Below, one piece after another: positions 27,352 through 64,000 of a DNA stretch of 64,000 nt. Both the position numbers and the translations under genes were made by a program. How positions within the stretch are numbered: the first letter of the stretch is position 1; each line of letters begins with the position of its first letter. The notes below the pieces were generated by a model, which saw only the letters and a list, made by a program, of their open reading frames with translations, searched no databases and was not told the DNA's origin. Source of the DNA: Chrysomallon squamiferum (lineage: Eukaryota > Animalia > Mollusca); the NCBI GenBank assembly GCA_012295275.1, contig CM022678.1, positions 17,174,001-17,238,000 on the forward strand, read 5' to 3'.

Positions 27352-28170
27352 CAGAAACTGACTGGAAACAGGAAGAAAATATTAAAAACAATTTTAAAAA
27401 TAAATTTTTAGTCTCAATTTTTGTTCATTTTATGAACCTGAACATATCCGTAATCCAGATGTCAGGAATTATAAAGGAGAAAGTATTTTGATTGAAAAGA
27501 AACAGAAAGTAATAGAAGTACACTGCTTGTATTGAAATACAGCTTTAAACACATATTTTTAGCCTAAATAAAACTGCTTTGCATAAAATGTACAAAATAT
27601 TCTTAGAACTGAGAGAAATTTGTGTCCAGAAGAAAGAAGACATTTGTTTAATTAAAATAGCTGTTCCAGTTATGGATAAAGTGACGAATGTGAACAAAGT
27701 GAAAACTAATCTTCAAGTTAGTGTCAGGTTCAGTGGAATCCTGGGTAATATCTAGGATGGTACTTTGCATATTTGAAAAGAAAAGACTTTTAAAAACATT
27801 TTAAGACACTTTTATTAAGTCTAAATAAAACATCTTTAATGACGAGTGAAATGTAAAAAAAATGATATGAAAGAATTACAGGAAGGCCATTTGGAAACTG
27901 AGAAAGCAAAATATTTCAATTTTCTTTTTACAACGAATAATATTTGTAACTTCATGTAATATTGAGTTTACATGCCTGGGTGTGTGTCTGATTGTGTGTA
28001 TTTATGTATATGTGTGTGTGTGTAAGCGCGCGCGCGCTCGCGTGTGTGTGTTTTGCTATTTTATTTAGGATTTGCATTGTAAAGTGTTTATGTGCTAATG
28101 GAAAATGTTATAATCTGAATATATATCATATATTGTTCTAAACAATTTATATAGCTGTTATTTTTTAAAC

Positions 28171-28213
<43 letters not shown>

Positions 28214-29602
28214 TTGAGTATTGTAGTAGTGATACTAAAAGGAAAAATAATAACATTGACAACAACTTTTATAATAAAATTTTAAAATCAAATAAGTCGT
28301 CTTACAAAGCTGTGTGCATAAGTGAGTTTAGCTCTCTCTCTTTCTCTCTCCGTCTCTCTCTTAATCTCTCTATCTCTCTGTTCTTCTCTCTGAATCGCTT
28401 TCTCTCTGTTTGTCTGTGTGTGTTTGTGTGTATGTACATCTGTATATATGTGTATACGTATTTATATGTATGTTTACATGTGTGTGCTTTGTGTCTTTTT
28501 ATGTATGCGTGTATTTGTTAATGTGGGGGTGTTATGTGGGGTGTTTGTGTCTTTGCAAGTTTGATCTATGTTTTTATATGTGTATATGTGTGTCTGTTTC
28601 TTTATATCTGCATATATTTTTGTGTGTATATGTATGACCATTCGTGTGTGTCTACACGCATAATTCTTGACATTCCTTCAGTAGAGAAGATGCCAGTAAA
28701 ATTACGTTCTTACTGAGCATACCAAAAAAAACATAAGAGAAATTTTAATATACAGAGATGGATATACATGCTTTGTTTTACTTTACTTTAATTTCAGTTA
28801 TTTAATTTAATTTATATTTTTCATTTCCATTTATTTCATTCTATTTTAATTGGATTATTTGATTTCATTAAATTTCTCTTCATTTATTGTATTTTTTATG
28901 TGTTTATTAAAATGAAAAAATGTATTTATTGAATTATTCTAATGTATAAATATACTTTTGGAAATTATCTGTTTAAAATAACCAAAAATACTACTAATAA
29001 TAAATGAAATTTTTTTTTTTTCAAATCCGTATATTTCATTTTATTTTAAATAAGGAATCAAAATTATTAAATAAAGTAAATTATTTAATAAAAGAAAAAG
29101 AAAACACCCATAGCATTCCAAAATAGATTAAATGGGATTTGTGCATTTCTATTTTACAAATATAAATTAATTGTTTCACGATCTCAGCACCAGATAGAAA
29201 ATCTAGATTTCTGGTGTGAATATGAGGTATTTTTGTATATAATTATCAAAACAAATTAGATTTAAGGATAATATACTTGTCTTAGGTGACAATGAAGTTA
29301 TATGAGTCGCATAAGTATAGTTTCTTCTCTCCACCCAGCAATGTCGGATACATAGCGTTAGGTAGGCGAACCTTTTCAACTTGCTAAGTCAGTTGCCTTA
29401 TTTACTGTCAGTGTGTTATATACATCGACAGCTGGTTTAAACACTCACATTTATGTTGATTGTTTAAGCTATTAAAGGAAAAGTTAAAACCTGTTTCATT
29501 TAAAACAGCGTGTTTTACTTCTTTTTTTATACATCAAAGTTATATACTTTTCATTGTATTAAAAACAAAAAATAAATAATAATAATAAAATCAAAAATAA
29601 AA

Positions 29603-29633
<31 letters not shown>

Positions 29634-29802
29634 GTAAATACTAGTGTTCCTCCCTTACTACCTGCATGCAGGCATATATGTATGTATATATATATATAAT
29701 TACATAGATACATGCATGTATACATACATATACATAGACACATACATAAAGATACATACATACATACATGCATTCGTACATAGATACATACATATACATA
29801 CA

Positions 29803-29806
<4 letters not shown>

Positions 29807-29894
<88 letters not shown>

Positions 29895-29895
29895 T
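29807..29895. repeat. (TA)n microsatellite
   Basis: Directly visible run. Confidence 0.95.
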
Positions 29896-30334
29896 CTATG
29901 TTTGTATGTATGTATGTATGTATGTATGTATCTATACATGTACGTATGAATCAGTGCGTATACATTCGCAACTACATTCAAATTGAAGTATTTCCAGCCT
30001 AGAATGATCTCTATTCTAAATATAGTCATGCGTCAGTGTAAACTACGAGAAAACGTTTATTTTTATCCGATGACCTACAAGGAAACAGAAACTGCAAGTA
30101 GGACAGAAACTGCAAGTAGGACAGAAACCGCTATAAACGAAAGCACATTCTAGTATTCTTGGAAAAAAATAAGTATTTTTTGTTTCTTTCTTTTACTTAC
30201 GTGTAAAGTATCAAACATATTAAGATAGTGTGTCCCGTATAGAAGAACAGATACTGGAAATCGAATAACTTTTTCGCTCACGAATTTACAAGAACATTGA
30301 GATAAACGATTCACGGACGGGAGTTTAATTAAAA

Positions 30335-44080
<13,746 letters not shown>

Positions 44081-45195
44081 AGTAGCTTCACTGGAAAGGT
44101 AGAGAAAGTAATAAAACTACAATGTTTGTACTGAAATACATAAAGAAAACTAATTTGTTGCTGAATTTTTGAATTCAGGGATATTTGAAACTGTTGTGAT
44201 GAGAAAGAAAAATGCAAGACGATTGTTAAGTGAGAGAAATTTCTTTTAAAAGACATTTCTTTAATAAAGATGAGTAAATTTACTAATACAAATAAACTAA
44301 AAGCTCAACAAGGTCGACCATTTCCATATTTCTAAAAAGGAGAAAGTCTAAAACATTTATGTGACATATATTTTTAGCCTAAATAAAACTTGTTTTAACA
44401 ATCAGTTGTGAAAAATGTAGAAAATATAGTTATAACTGAGAGAAAGAATCCACAAGAAAGAATCCACAAGAAAGATTCCACATGAAGGAAGACATTTCTT
44501 TAATAGAGATGCCTGCTCCTGTAATTGATAATAATGCTAATCTAAGTAAACTCAAAACTAATCTTCATGTTACTTTCAGCTGCAGTGGAATCATGGGTAA
44601 TATCTTGGATGGTAATTTCCATATTTGAAAAGAAGGATTTTTAGAAATACTTTATGACATTTATATTAAGTGTAAATAAAATATGTTTAATGATGAGTGA
44701 TATGTAAGAATTTATGTTTGAAGGAAGGCAATTTGGAAAGTGAGAATGCGAAATATTTAAATTTTCTTTTTACAATGAATGCTGTTTGCAAATATATTGA
44801 ATTTTGAATTTATATTTCAGGTATTTTCCTGACTCTGTCTCTGTGTGTGCATTTTGCTGTTTTTATTTACGAAAACATATTATTTAAGATCTGCTTTGTA
44901 AAATATTTATCTGTTAATGGAAAATCTTAGAATCTGAATTTAAAATCATGTATTGTTCTAAAAGAATGAAACAACTGGGTTTTTTTTGTATTTGAAACTA
45001 ATAATAATAATAATATTAACGATAATAATTATAATAATAACAATTTGAGCAGTGTAGTAGGGATACTAAAAGCAATAATAATAACATTAACAACAATTGT
45101 TATAATAAAAATTATAAAATCCAATAAGTCTTCTTATTATTTTCTTTCTTTTTGATAGGCAGGAGTCTGTCATTTAGAGATGTATGCAAAAGTAA

Positions 45196-45306
<111 letters not shown>

Positions 45307-46449
45307 GTCTGCGTGCCTGCATATGCACAATTGTTTAACATTACAACAGCAGAAAAGAGTGCAGTGAAATTAGATCTTTACTGAGCACATAACACAAAAA
45401 GTTAATATAGTAGAAACACATTATACCCAGACATTGTACTGATCACAAAATATTAATATACAGATAAATATAAACATGATTTACTTTACTTTACTTTAAT
45501 TTCATTGATTTAATTTAAGTTTCCTTCATTTCCATTTATTTTCATTTTATTTTTAATACAGTTATTCTTTCCTTTGATTTAATTTGATTCCATTTATTAA
45601 TTTTATTATTTTCTTTTATTTTCTTTTATTTTAACGAGTTTTGTTTTATTTTATTTTATTTTTTTTCATTGAATGTTAATTTATTTTATTTATTGAATTG
45701 CACTAATTACTAAATATTCTTATAAAAAATATTCATTCAGAAAAAAAGACTTATATATTTATAAAAAATGTATATAAATGCATAAAATATTTAAGGAAAT
45801 TAAATGTATTAAACAAATATATAAAAAATTAAATAAATAAAATTCTGCTGCTGATAATGAAAATAAATAGAATAATTACTTAATTAAAGAAAACAGAAAA
45901 TCCCTTTACATTCCAAAATCATTTAAATGAAATTTGTACATTTCTGTTTTACATAAATATACCTGACTGGCTCCCCTAACTCAGCAGCAGAGAGAACAAT
46001 CTGGATATTTAGTGTACAAATATTCAGGCAATTTTTGTTTTAATTATTAAAATAAATTAGATTAAAGGATAACATACTTGTCTGAGGTGATAAAGTGGTT
46101 ATATGGGTCATATAAGGATAGCTGGCTCTCTCCACCTAACCATGCCGGATACATAGCGATGTGTAGGCCAATCTTTTCAACTTGATTAGTCGGTAGCCTT
46201 ATTTACTGTAATGTACAACGACAGCTAGATTAAACACTCAAATTCATGTCCACTGTCTGAGCTATTAGAAGAACAAATACCTGTAACATTTAAAAGGTGG
46301 GTTTTATTTCTTTTCATATATAAAAGTCATATTATTTTCACTGCATCTTTTTAAATAAATAAATTGAAAAAATGGTAAAAAAAAACAAAAAACTATATAT
46401 ATGTGTGTATATGTATATATGTCTGTATGCATTATATATTCATGCATGC

Positions 46450-46485
<36 letters not shown>

Positions 46486-47016
46486 CATGTATGTGTGTAT
46501 GTATGCATGTAAGTATGTATGTGTTTATATATGTATGTATATATGTATGTATGTCTCAATAAATGTATATTCGTACTTACACAGAGCGAAAGTATTTTCA
46601 GTTTATTACTATCTCTATTCTAAATATAGACAGGTGTCACTGTAAAATATGAAACAGTGTTTATTTTTATTCGATGACCTACAAGGAAACTGAAACTGCA
46701 AGTTGAACCGAGGAGACCATAAACCACAGTTCATTGCAGAATATTATTATTTTGTTGTTACTTTCTTCTTCGTCTAATGTAGTTAATTTGTTAAGATAGT
46801 GTGTTACGTATAGAAGAACAGATACTGTTACGTTTAAAACGGCAGGTTTTACTTCCAAATTACAGTTTCAAGATGGTTGCAATTATTTATTTATAATTCA
46901 TTAATTTACGTTATCAAAAATTTATATGAGGTATACAGTATAGTCTTTATACCTAATAGTCGTTTTCATAATTATCACTGCGATTATGTCCTTTTAATCA
47001 TGTATGTGTGTGTATG

Positions 47017-47109
<93 letters not shown>

Positions 47110-47444
47110 CAATACATATACATTCGTACGTATATTCAAAGGAAGTATTTCCTGTGTACTACGATTTCTATTCTAAATATAGACACACGTAATTGTGAAA
47201 CTGTTTATTTTTATACCATGACCTACAAGGAAATTGTAACTATAGATAGGGCCGAAGAGACCACAAACGACAGGACATTGTAGACTATTAGTAGTTTTAT
47301 TTCTTCTTTCTTCTAAAGTATTTAAAATATTAAGGTAGTGTGTTATGTATAGAAGAACAGATACTGGAAACTGGAACTTTCTCGCTCACGAATTTACAAG
47401 GACATTGAGATACCCGATTCAAGCTGACGGAAGTTGAATTAAAA

Positions 47445-47487
47445 ATGTCCCCTATAATAATTCTTCTGTTTATTTTAACGCAGACAG
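47445..47487 (+). CDS. Signal-peptide exon (intact) serving copy E and/or F
   Basis: ATG...ACAG|gtaagt encodes MSPIIILLFILTQT, phase 1. Confidence 0.8.
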
Positions 47488-50433
47488 GTAAGTGTATTTG
47501 AATTCTTTAAAAATGTGTCTGAGTCTGTGTGCTCTATTTGTGTCTGAGACTTGATGTGTGTAAGAAACATTTAAATGTTTAGGCCAAATAAAATAAATTA
47601 CTTGATTTCTTTGTGTTAAAAATAACTCCGGTGATAATTCTACTGTTTGTTTTATCTGAGACAGTAAGGTTGTTCGAATTGTTTTAATATGTATTTGAAA
47701 CTCTGTGCTTCATTTTTGTTTGAGGTTTGTATGTGAGTATGTGCGTGCTTGATTTTGTGCCTTAAATATGTTAGAAACAGTTAAATGTTTAGGCCACATA
47801 AAATAACTTAACTGTTTTCTATTGTGTTCAAAATAACCAGACAATATAATGAGAAAGAGTGCACATGAAAACACAGGATTCAGAAAATTAAACTGTAAAT
47901 TTAGTAGTTAAGTATAAATAAATGAAATATAATTAAATATAATATAAATGAAATTATAGGCTCATCAGAGACTTCGATATGAAAATGAATGTAGCCGTAT
48001 AATTTATTTGTAGTGTTTTGTGTTCCTAAATTAAATAATTTGCCTTTATTCATTTTTCTTCAAATAAATTTATATATAGATATTGTATATATATATATGA
48101 ACTTTTGTAGAGCTTCTTCACTATTTCCGAGCAACAAACTATTTTCATAAATATATCATTAGAAAGAGAAAAATTTTATATACAGTAAAACACTGTGAAA
48201 TTGAAGCTTACAGCAACTACACGTCCAAACTCTCTGAGAGAGACGTCAGCCATGGAATCCGGTGTACCAGCCTCAAAACATTCCCCCTCACCCAGAGTTT
48301 ATCACTAAATAGAATTTAAAGCATACAATCATAAAATGTAGTCCATTCATGCAAAATGTATGTTCGTTAATTACAATGAAGGTTGCGTTAAGAATAGAGA
48401 TTCGGGAGTTTTTAGTTACCAACTTAAGGACAACAATTTCTGAGGTACGTGAAGACGTTAGTTTTGGAGATTACTACAGATTTTAGAACACAGATTTTTT
48501 TTGTGCACATTTTATTGTACACATAATGTGTAAACTTGGTCATTTGTACAATAATCGTTCCTAAATGCTGGTAGAATTTCAAATAGTGTATCATTTCAAG
48601 ATACAGTTTTAATCTATTGTTTAAAACATTAGTAAAAATATATGTAATAGGTCTATAATTTCCTCCCGCCCCCGCCAATTTAATCGTAATAAACAACATT
48701 GAATAGAGTTAAAAATACGTATTACGGTATTCATGACCTGATCACGAGTGAAGGAAATATTTCCGGCGTGACACGACTTATATTCTAAATATAGACATGT
48801 GTCATTGTAAAAATACGAAAAACATGTTTAATACGATCTATTCCCCATCGTCTACAAGGGAACTGAAAGTATAGATGTGGGCCGAAGTGTCATAAACGAT
48901 ATTCGAAAAGTTTTTTTTGTCTAAAGTATTTCACATGTTAAGGTAGTGTGTTACGTATAGAATAACAGATAGTGGAAAATGGAACTACTTTTCCACTCAC
49001 TAATTTACAAGAACATTGAGATACACGATTCACGCGGACGGAAGTTATGGAAATCAAATCAAGTTTTAGAACGCAGATCTTTTCTGTGTACACTGCATAA
49101 AAAATATACATTATAATCGCCATTTAATGTGTAAACTTGGTCATTTGTACAATAATCCTTCCTCAATCCTGCTTGAATTACAAGTAGTGTGCAGAATACA
49201 ACTTTAATCTGTTATTTTACATAGTAGTAAAAATAGATTAATTTGTCGATAATTTTCCCCATCCTCCACCAATTTATTCTTAAGTCACAACATAGAGTAC
49301 AGGATAAAAAATATCTGGGAGGTGTTTCTGTAGCTGTGGTATTATTACATATAGGACGTATCCTTTCGCTGAAAAGCAGAGGTCGTTAACCTTGTCTGTA
49401 GGGCCCATGGGTAAGCGTCTCACTGCTATGGAGCTTTGACTTCTTTCTGAAAATCTTTTTTTGTTTCTTCTTTTCTTCTAAACTTGAACAAATGTACTCA
49501 GAAAACTTCAGTGTTTACACCTGTTTTAATTATTTAACAGCAAAGTGAAAAAATAGAAATCTCAAAATTCTGCAAATCCTTTAACTCCGTTTCTAGTGAA
49601 ATGCTACGATGACCGATTGTTTGTGTAGCGTGAAACCAATTAATAACAGCTTTTGTGTTCTGCCAGTAGAGCGACACAATGCTGGAAGTCTCCACTTCAT
49701 AAGCGTACCCTCCTGCAGACACGAGAAGGATTTCGGGAACACATTCTTCCGTCATACGAGAAACTGTTACATTTCAAAGCATTAAAATTTGCTGATGCCG
49801 TAAGCTGTATCCGGACTGGCAGTGTGTCGAGCTTAAATAAATGTTCTTATTTGACATCCGTAACATTTCAGTAATAGCACAACTAGCTATCAACAATAAC
49901 TCACAGTTTCCTAAAAATAATAGCGTCTGTTCTGTTCTCCATTAGAGTGATAGAACGGAGGAAGTCTCTGTTTTAAGTACGAGCGCTGTTTCAGAAGCGA
50001 GAGCGAGTTTCGGCAACTCGTTCTTACGTCATATTGAGGGACTGCAGAATTTTTCATCATTAAATTTTGATGAATAATAATTTAAAGTTTTATTTAAATT
50101 TTAAGTTTAAACCGTTAATTCTTAAATTATTGTGTGTTTGATGAACGTTGCCAAAGTTTGTGATACCTGAAAAATGCATACATTGCATTGTTCTAAAGAT
50201 TCTCTCTCAGCAGAAATACACAGATATCAGCCTGCTAGGTACATGATGTGGGTGTCACAAAATAACAACAACAACAACAGCAATATTAACAAAAAATAAA
50301 GTGTAAAAATAAGAATAGAAACAATAATAACAACAAAATAAATAAATAAATATATAAATAAGGAAGTAAATAAATAAATAAATAAAATTACTCAGAAAAT
50401 AATTTTGTAATCAAAACAATGCAAATATGTATG

Positions 50434-50491
<58 letters not shown>

Positions 50492-50632
50492 AATGTGTGT
50501 GTGTATTCGTATGTATGTATATATATATGTATGTGTGTATTTATGGATGTATATGTATATTTATGTCTGCATATATGAATTGTTTTATATCATGAATAGT
50601 GTATGATATAAAGCTTTTTTCAACTTGTTCAG

Positions 50633-52609
50633 TTTCAGGTAAGAATTTGACATCTGAAGACAATTCAGAGCTATGTTCCCCAGAAAACTGCACGACGGAA
50701 ACAAAAATGGACTCTATGAAGACTTGTGAAGTTTGTACAGGTAAATTCAAGAGGAACAGGATAGATACTCAGGATAACTGATATGTTACGTAAGGATAAG
50801 TACACAGGATAGTGGGTATGTTAAGAAAGGAAACATTCATTGGATAGTTGGTATGTTAAGTAAGGATAGATAAGCAGGATAGATGGTACGTTAAGTAAAG
50901 ATAGAAGCAGAGGATACTTGGTGTATTAAGTAAGAATAGATTCAAGATATCAGGTATGTTAAGCAACAGTAGATGCACAGGATAGTTGATAGATTTAAGG
51001 ATAAACATACAGAATAGCTGGTATGTTGAGAAAGGAATCATATACAGGATAGTTGGTATGTTAAGAAAGTTATCATATACAGGATACTTGGTACATTGAG
51101 AAAGGAATCATACACAGGATAGTTGGTATGTTAAGGAAGGGTAAATGCACAGGATAGATAAATACGTAGGATTGTTGGTATGTTTAGCAAAGTTAGACAG
51201 AGCATAGCTGGTATGTTTAATATGGATAGATATGCAGCATCCTTGGTACTTTTTAACACGCGGTTTAAGACTACAAACACAAGTTTACACATACAATTAG
51301 AACACAGTCACACAAACATGAAGATTTTTAATTTATGTTAATTCATATAACGATTTTTCTTTGTTCACACTCATCATTTCTAATTTAATTTCAGTTAGGC
51401 AATATAATAAATTTCGTTTACGCGTGCACACAAACTTCGTATTTACTCTATTTTTTTCTTTTATTTCTCTGTATGTGTTAAGTATGCACAAAAAACCCTT
51501 CTGACTCACAGTAGATTATTAAGAGTAATTCTATTTTTAGTTGAGGAATGTTCTGAAGGTTATCACTATCACATGTATTTGGTGTTTTGGCGAAGAAACA
51601 AACAATTCTGAAAATTACAAGGAGAGATGTATTATATTTTGTCCCAGTAACCAAACGCATGGTGAAAACTCTGATAAGAACTGTAGTACCAGTTGCATGG
51701 GTACAAGATGTTACATATGGACGGGTTCTTGTGGATTCTATGCACGAAGTTGTCAGCAGGACTGTAATAACACAGACGACAAAGGTTTCTGCATCGGTGA
51801 GAGTTGTTATTGTTGTTTTGCACCAAAGTGCGACAAAGAGTGTCCAGACAAATGTAAAGACAAAGTCTGCAACAAAACTACGAGTTCCTGTTTACAACGC
51901 CCTGAAGGATTTTGGGTGGAAACCTGTCAGCTTCGTTGTTCAAATAACTGTCTGGCAAATTCCTGTAATAAAACCTGGCAGTGCATTCACGGTTGCAAAA
52001 TTATTATTTTGGGAATGAACTGCTTAAATAACTGTACCGCGAACTGTGTACATCAGTTAAACAATAGTGAAAACGGATCATGTACGGATGGCTGCGTTTC
52101 TTGCATATGTTACGGAGACGATTGCGACAAAGACTGGCCTCATCGATGTCTGAATACTACATTTGATCGTTCAACCGAGAAATGTAATAACGGATCCAAC
52201 GGAACTGATATTTATGGAGCATTTTGCAACTATTCATGCGAGTCGGATTGCCGGTGTGTTCGGTTTGAAAATATCTCCGATTACATTGTATACACTGTTG
52301 TTTTCTTCAGTGGAAGAAAGGGGGAAAACTGCAGCGATTTCTGTCCTAGGATCTGTAAAGGACCATGTCATCAGCTTTCAGGACGATGCCTTCATGGCTG
52401 TCTTTCTGGTTTCCATGGAATCTACTGCAACAAATCAAGCCCCGCTAACTGTCTGGGAAGTGCATGCTTTCAAAACAATGGAACGTGTGTAGACGGATGT
52501 ATAACGTTGTGCTATGGACCGACGTGCTCAAATCAATGTAGTAACAATTTCGTTGCATGTGTTTATAACGACACCTGTATTTGGCCTTCAAATGATAGTC
52601 ACGACGAAT
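50633..52609 (+). pseudogene. Copy E: decayed ShKT (50633-50740) and EGF (51541-52609) cassette with no TM or PTP of its own
   Basis: ShKT Cys1 and Cys4 are Ser. The EGF exon has intact AG/GT, but a short deletion near 51570 gives an early stop in the spliced frame. Many Cys are lost in ORF 51541-52632. Confidence 0.8.
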
Positions 52610-52792
52610 GTAAGTATACAGCATACGTATAGAAATACATACATACATACATACATACATACATACATACATACGTACATACATGCATGCATGCATGCAC
52701 ACATATATATATATATAAACAAATAAAATCAATTGAACAAAATCTTTTTATTTTTTACATCATGATTAGTGATTGATATAATGCTTTTTCAG

Positions 52793-60695
<7,903 letters not shown>

Positions 60696-61548
60696 CAGAA
60701 ACTGACTGCAAACAGGAAAGAAATAATTTTTAAAAAGTTAATGAATTTGCAGTCTCAATTTTTGTTCGTTTTATGAACCAGAACATTTCCGTAATTCAGA
60801 TGTCAGGAATTATAAAGGAGAAAGTATTTTCAATGGAAAGAAACAGAAAGTAATGGAAGTACGCTGCTTGTATTGGAATACAGAATGAAGAGAAATAATT
60901 TGTTGCTGAAATTCTCAATTCAGTGATATTTGAAAGTTTTGTGATGAGACAAACTTGAGTCCACTAAAAAGAAGACATTTCTATAATTAAGATGGCTGCT
61001 CTTACAATGACTAATGCAAAGAAACTGAAAACTACAGTAGAGCGGCCATTTCCATTTTAAAAAAGAAAGCTTTAAATACATTTTGGAGACACGTATATTT
61101 AGCCTAAATAAAACCTGTTTTAATAATCAGTTGTACAAAATGTACAAAATATACTTAAAACTGGGAGAAATTTGTGTCCACAAGAAAGAAAACATTTGTT
61201 TAACTAAGATAGCTGCTACTGTAATGATAAAGTGAACAAACTGAAAACTAATCTTCAAGTTAGTGTCAGCTTCAGTGGAATCATGGGTAATATCTAAGAT
61301 GGTACTTTTTATATTTGAAAAGAAAAGACTTTTAAAACATTTTATGACATTTATATTAATTCTAAATGAAACATATTTAATGTCGAGTGAAATGTAAAAA
61401 GTATATGTCAGAATTTATGTTTACGGAAGGTAATTTGGAAACATAATGCAAAATATTTAAATTTTCTTTTTACAACGAATAATACTTGTAACTACATGTA
61501 ATATTGAGTTTATATGGCTGGGTGTGTCTGACTCGCTGTGTGTGTATG

Positions 61549-61607
<59 letters not shown>

Positions 61608-61745
61608 TTTCCTATTTTTATTTACATATCTATTTTATTTACGATCTGCTTTGTAAAGTGTTTATCTTCTAATGGAAAATTTTAGAATCTGAATTTAAAA
61701 TCATATATTCTTAAAAAGTTTTAACTAACTGGGTTAATTTAAAAC

Positions 61746-61808
<63 letters not shown>

Positions 61809-63900
61809 CAACAACAACAATTTGAGTATTGTAGTAGTGATACTAAAAGAAAAATAATAACATTAACAACAGCTGTTATAATAAAGTTTTAAAATCAAAT
61901 AAGTTTTCTTATAGAGATGTGTGCATAAGTAAATTAACTCTCTTTCTATCTCTTAATATCTCTATCTCTTTATTCCTCTCTCTGAGTCTCTTTTTCTGTG
62001 TTTTTCTGTGTGTGTGTATGTACATCTGTATATATGTGTGTACGTGTTTATATATATGTGTGTATGTTTACATTTGTGTGCTTTGTGTGTGTGCATGTAT
62101 TGGTGTGTTTGTTCACTTGGGGGTGTTATGTGGGGTGTTTGTATATTTGCATGCTTGTTCTATGTTTTTGTATTTGTATATGTGTGTCTTTGTGTCTTTA
62201 AAAGTGTATATATTTTTTGTGTTTATCTATATGTTTTTATGTTATATATTTTCTGTGTATATGTATCGTCATTCGTGTGTGTGTAGACGCATAATTTTTG
62301 ACATTCCTTCGGTAGAGAACAGTACAGTAAAATTACGTCCTTACTGAGCATATAACACAAACAATTAATATAGTAGAAACACATGGTACACAGACATTGT
62401 ACTGATAAGTGAAATCTTAATATACAGAGACAGATATCCATGCTTTATTTTACTCTAATTTAATTTATATTTTGTTTATTTCCATTTATTTCATTCTATT
62501 TTAATTTTTTAATTTCATTTAATTTGTCTTCATTTATTGTATTTTTTATTTTTATTTTGTTTTGTTTATTTAAATTTATTTTAATTGATTTATTGAATTA
62601 TTCTAAAGCCTAAATATACTTTTAAACATTATCTATTTAAAATAACAAAAATATTAATAATAATAAATCAAATTTTTTGTTTTCAAATCCGTTTATTTCA
62701 TTTTATTTTAAATAAGTAATACAAATTATTAAATCAAGTAAATTATTTAATAAAAGAAAAAGAAAACACCCATAATATTCCAAAGTAACTTAAATGGGAT
62801 TTGTACAATTCTATTATATACAAATATAAATTAATTGTTTCACGATCTCAGCACCAGATAGAAAATGTAGATTTCTGGTGTGAATGTGAGGTATTTTTTA
62901 TTTCTTTTATAATTATTAAAACAAATTAGATTTAAGGATAATATGCTTGTCTTAGGTGACAATGAAGTTATATGAGTCGAATAAGTATAGTTTGTTCTCC
63001 CCACCCAACAATGCCGGATACAGAGCGATAGGTAGGCGAACCTTTCCAACTTGGTTAGTCGGTTACCTCATTTACTGTTAGTGTGTTATATATATCGACA
63101 ACTGGTTTAAACACTCACATTAATGTTGACTGTTTGAGCTATTAAAGGAAAAGTTAATACCTGTACCATTTAAAACGGCGCGTTTTACTTCTTTTTATAC
63201 ATCAAAGTAATATTCATTTCATTGTATCACTTTTGTAAATAAGTGTAAAAAAAAACACATATATAATTATAATAATAATGAATAAATAAATAAATAAATA
63301 ACAGGAAAATATTAAATATTTTGTTTTCTCTTACTAGTGTTTCTCCCTTACTATGTGCGTTTAGGCATATATCTGTACATACATAGATCCATACATATAT
63401 ATATAGATAAAGATACATACATACATACATGTATACATACTCATAAATATATATATGTATGCATCCATGTATGTATGTATCTTTGCGTGTATATATATGT
63501 GTATATATTTATGTATCTATACATGTACTTATGAATCAGTGCGTATACATTCGTAACTACATTCAAATTGAAGTATTTCCAGCCTAGCATGATCTCTATT
63601 CTAAATATAGTCATGCGTCATTGTAAAATATGAGAAAACGTTTATTTTTATTCGATGACCTACAAGGAAACTGAAACTGCAAGTAGAGCAGAAGCCGCTA
63701 TAAACGAAAGAACATTCTAGAATTCTTGGAAAAATATAAGTATTTTTCGTTTCTTTCTTTTGCGTCTGAAGTATTTGACATGTTAAGATAGAGTGTTACC
63801 TATAGAAGAACGGATACTGGAAACTCGAATAACGTTCTCGCTCACGAATTTACAAGAACATTGGCATACACGATTCATAATGACGATAGTTGAATCAAAA

Positions 63901-63943
63901 ATGTCCTCAGTAATAATTCTACTGTTTGTTTTATCGCAGACAG
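63901..63943 (+). CDS. Signal-peptide exon of a further downstream paralog
   Basis: ATG...ACAG|gtaagt encodes MSSVIILLFVLSQT in the same upstream context as 30335. Confidence 0.8.
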
Positions 63944-64000
63944 GTAAGTGTGTTTGACTTCTTTAAATATGTATTTGAATCTGAATGCTGCATTTGTGTG

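Noticed and set aside
29591-30029. YI, SL, ER and poly-L/F/N ORFs here and at 6.8-7.2, 38.1, 41.7, 45.1, 47.0, 55.2 and 58.4 kb
   Set aside because: Translations of microsatellites.

Overview
Eukaryotic, very AT-rich and microsatellite-dense DNA from an invertebrate, probably a lophotrochozoan or mollusc (inferred from composition and gene family, not proven). Almost the whole window is a + strand tandem cluster of one intron-rich receptor gene family, which I reconstructed by hand from GT-AG boundaries and intron phases. The architecture is: 43-nt signal-peptide exon; a ~108-nt exon with a 6-Cys ShKT-like domain; one 1.0-1.3 kb exon of MEGF10/Draper-like EGF repeats; a transmembrane (TM) exon; basic and acidic juxtamembrane exons; and a single classical protein tyrosine phosphatase (PTP) domain (KNRY, DYIN, WRD in place of [15 protein letters not shown]). 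Six ShKT+EGF cassettes are present (A 4.0 kb, B 20.8 kb, C 24.9 kb, D 35.4 kb, E 50.6 kb, F 52.8 kb), plus the leader exon of a further copy at the right edge. Only D and F carry the full PTP exon set, and each has a lesion upstream of it. A, B and C are internally deleted, and E is a decayed ectodomain-only cassette. The window also holds a dead Ginger/KRBA2-like integrase at the left end and a 10.4 kb dimeric ~1.03 kb tandem array with hairpin motifs that replaces the 3' half of copy A. No RNA genes or CRISPR arrays are supported. Most short ORFs in the track are microsatellite or alternate-frame artefacts.
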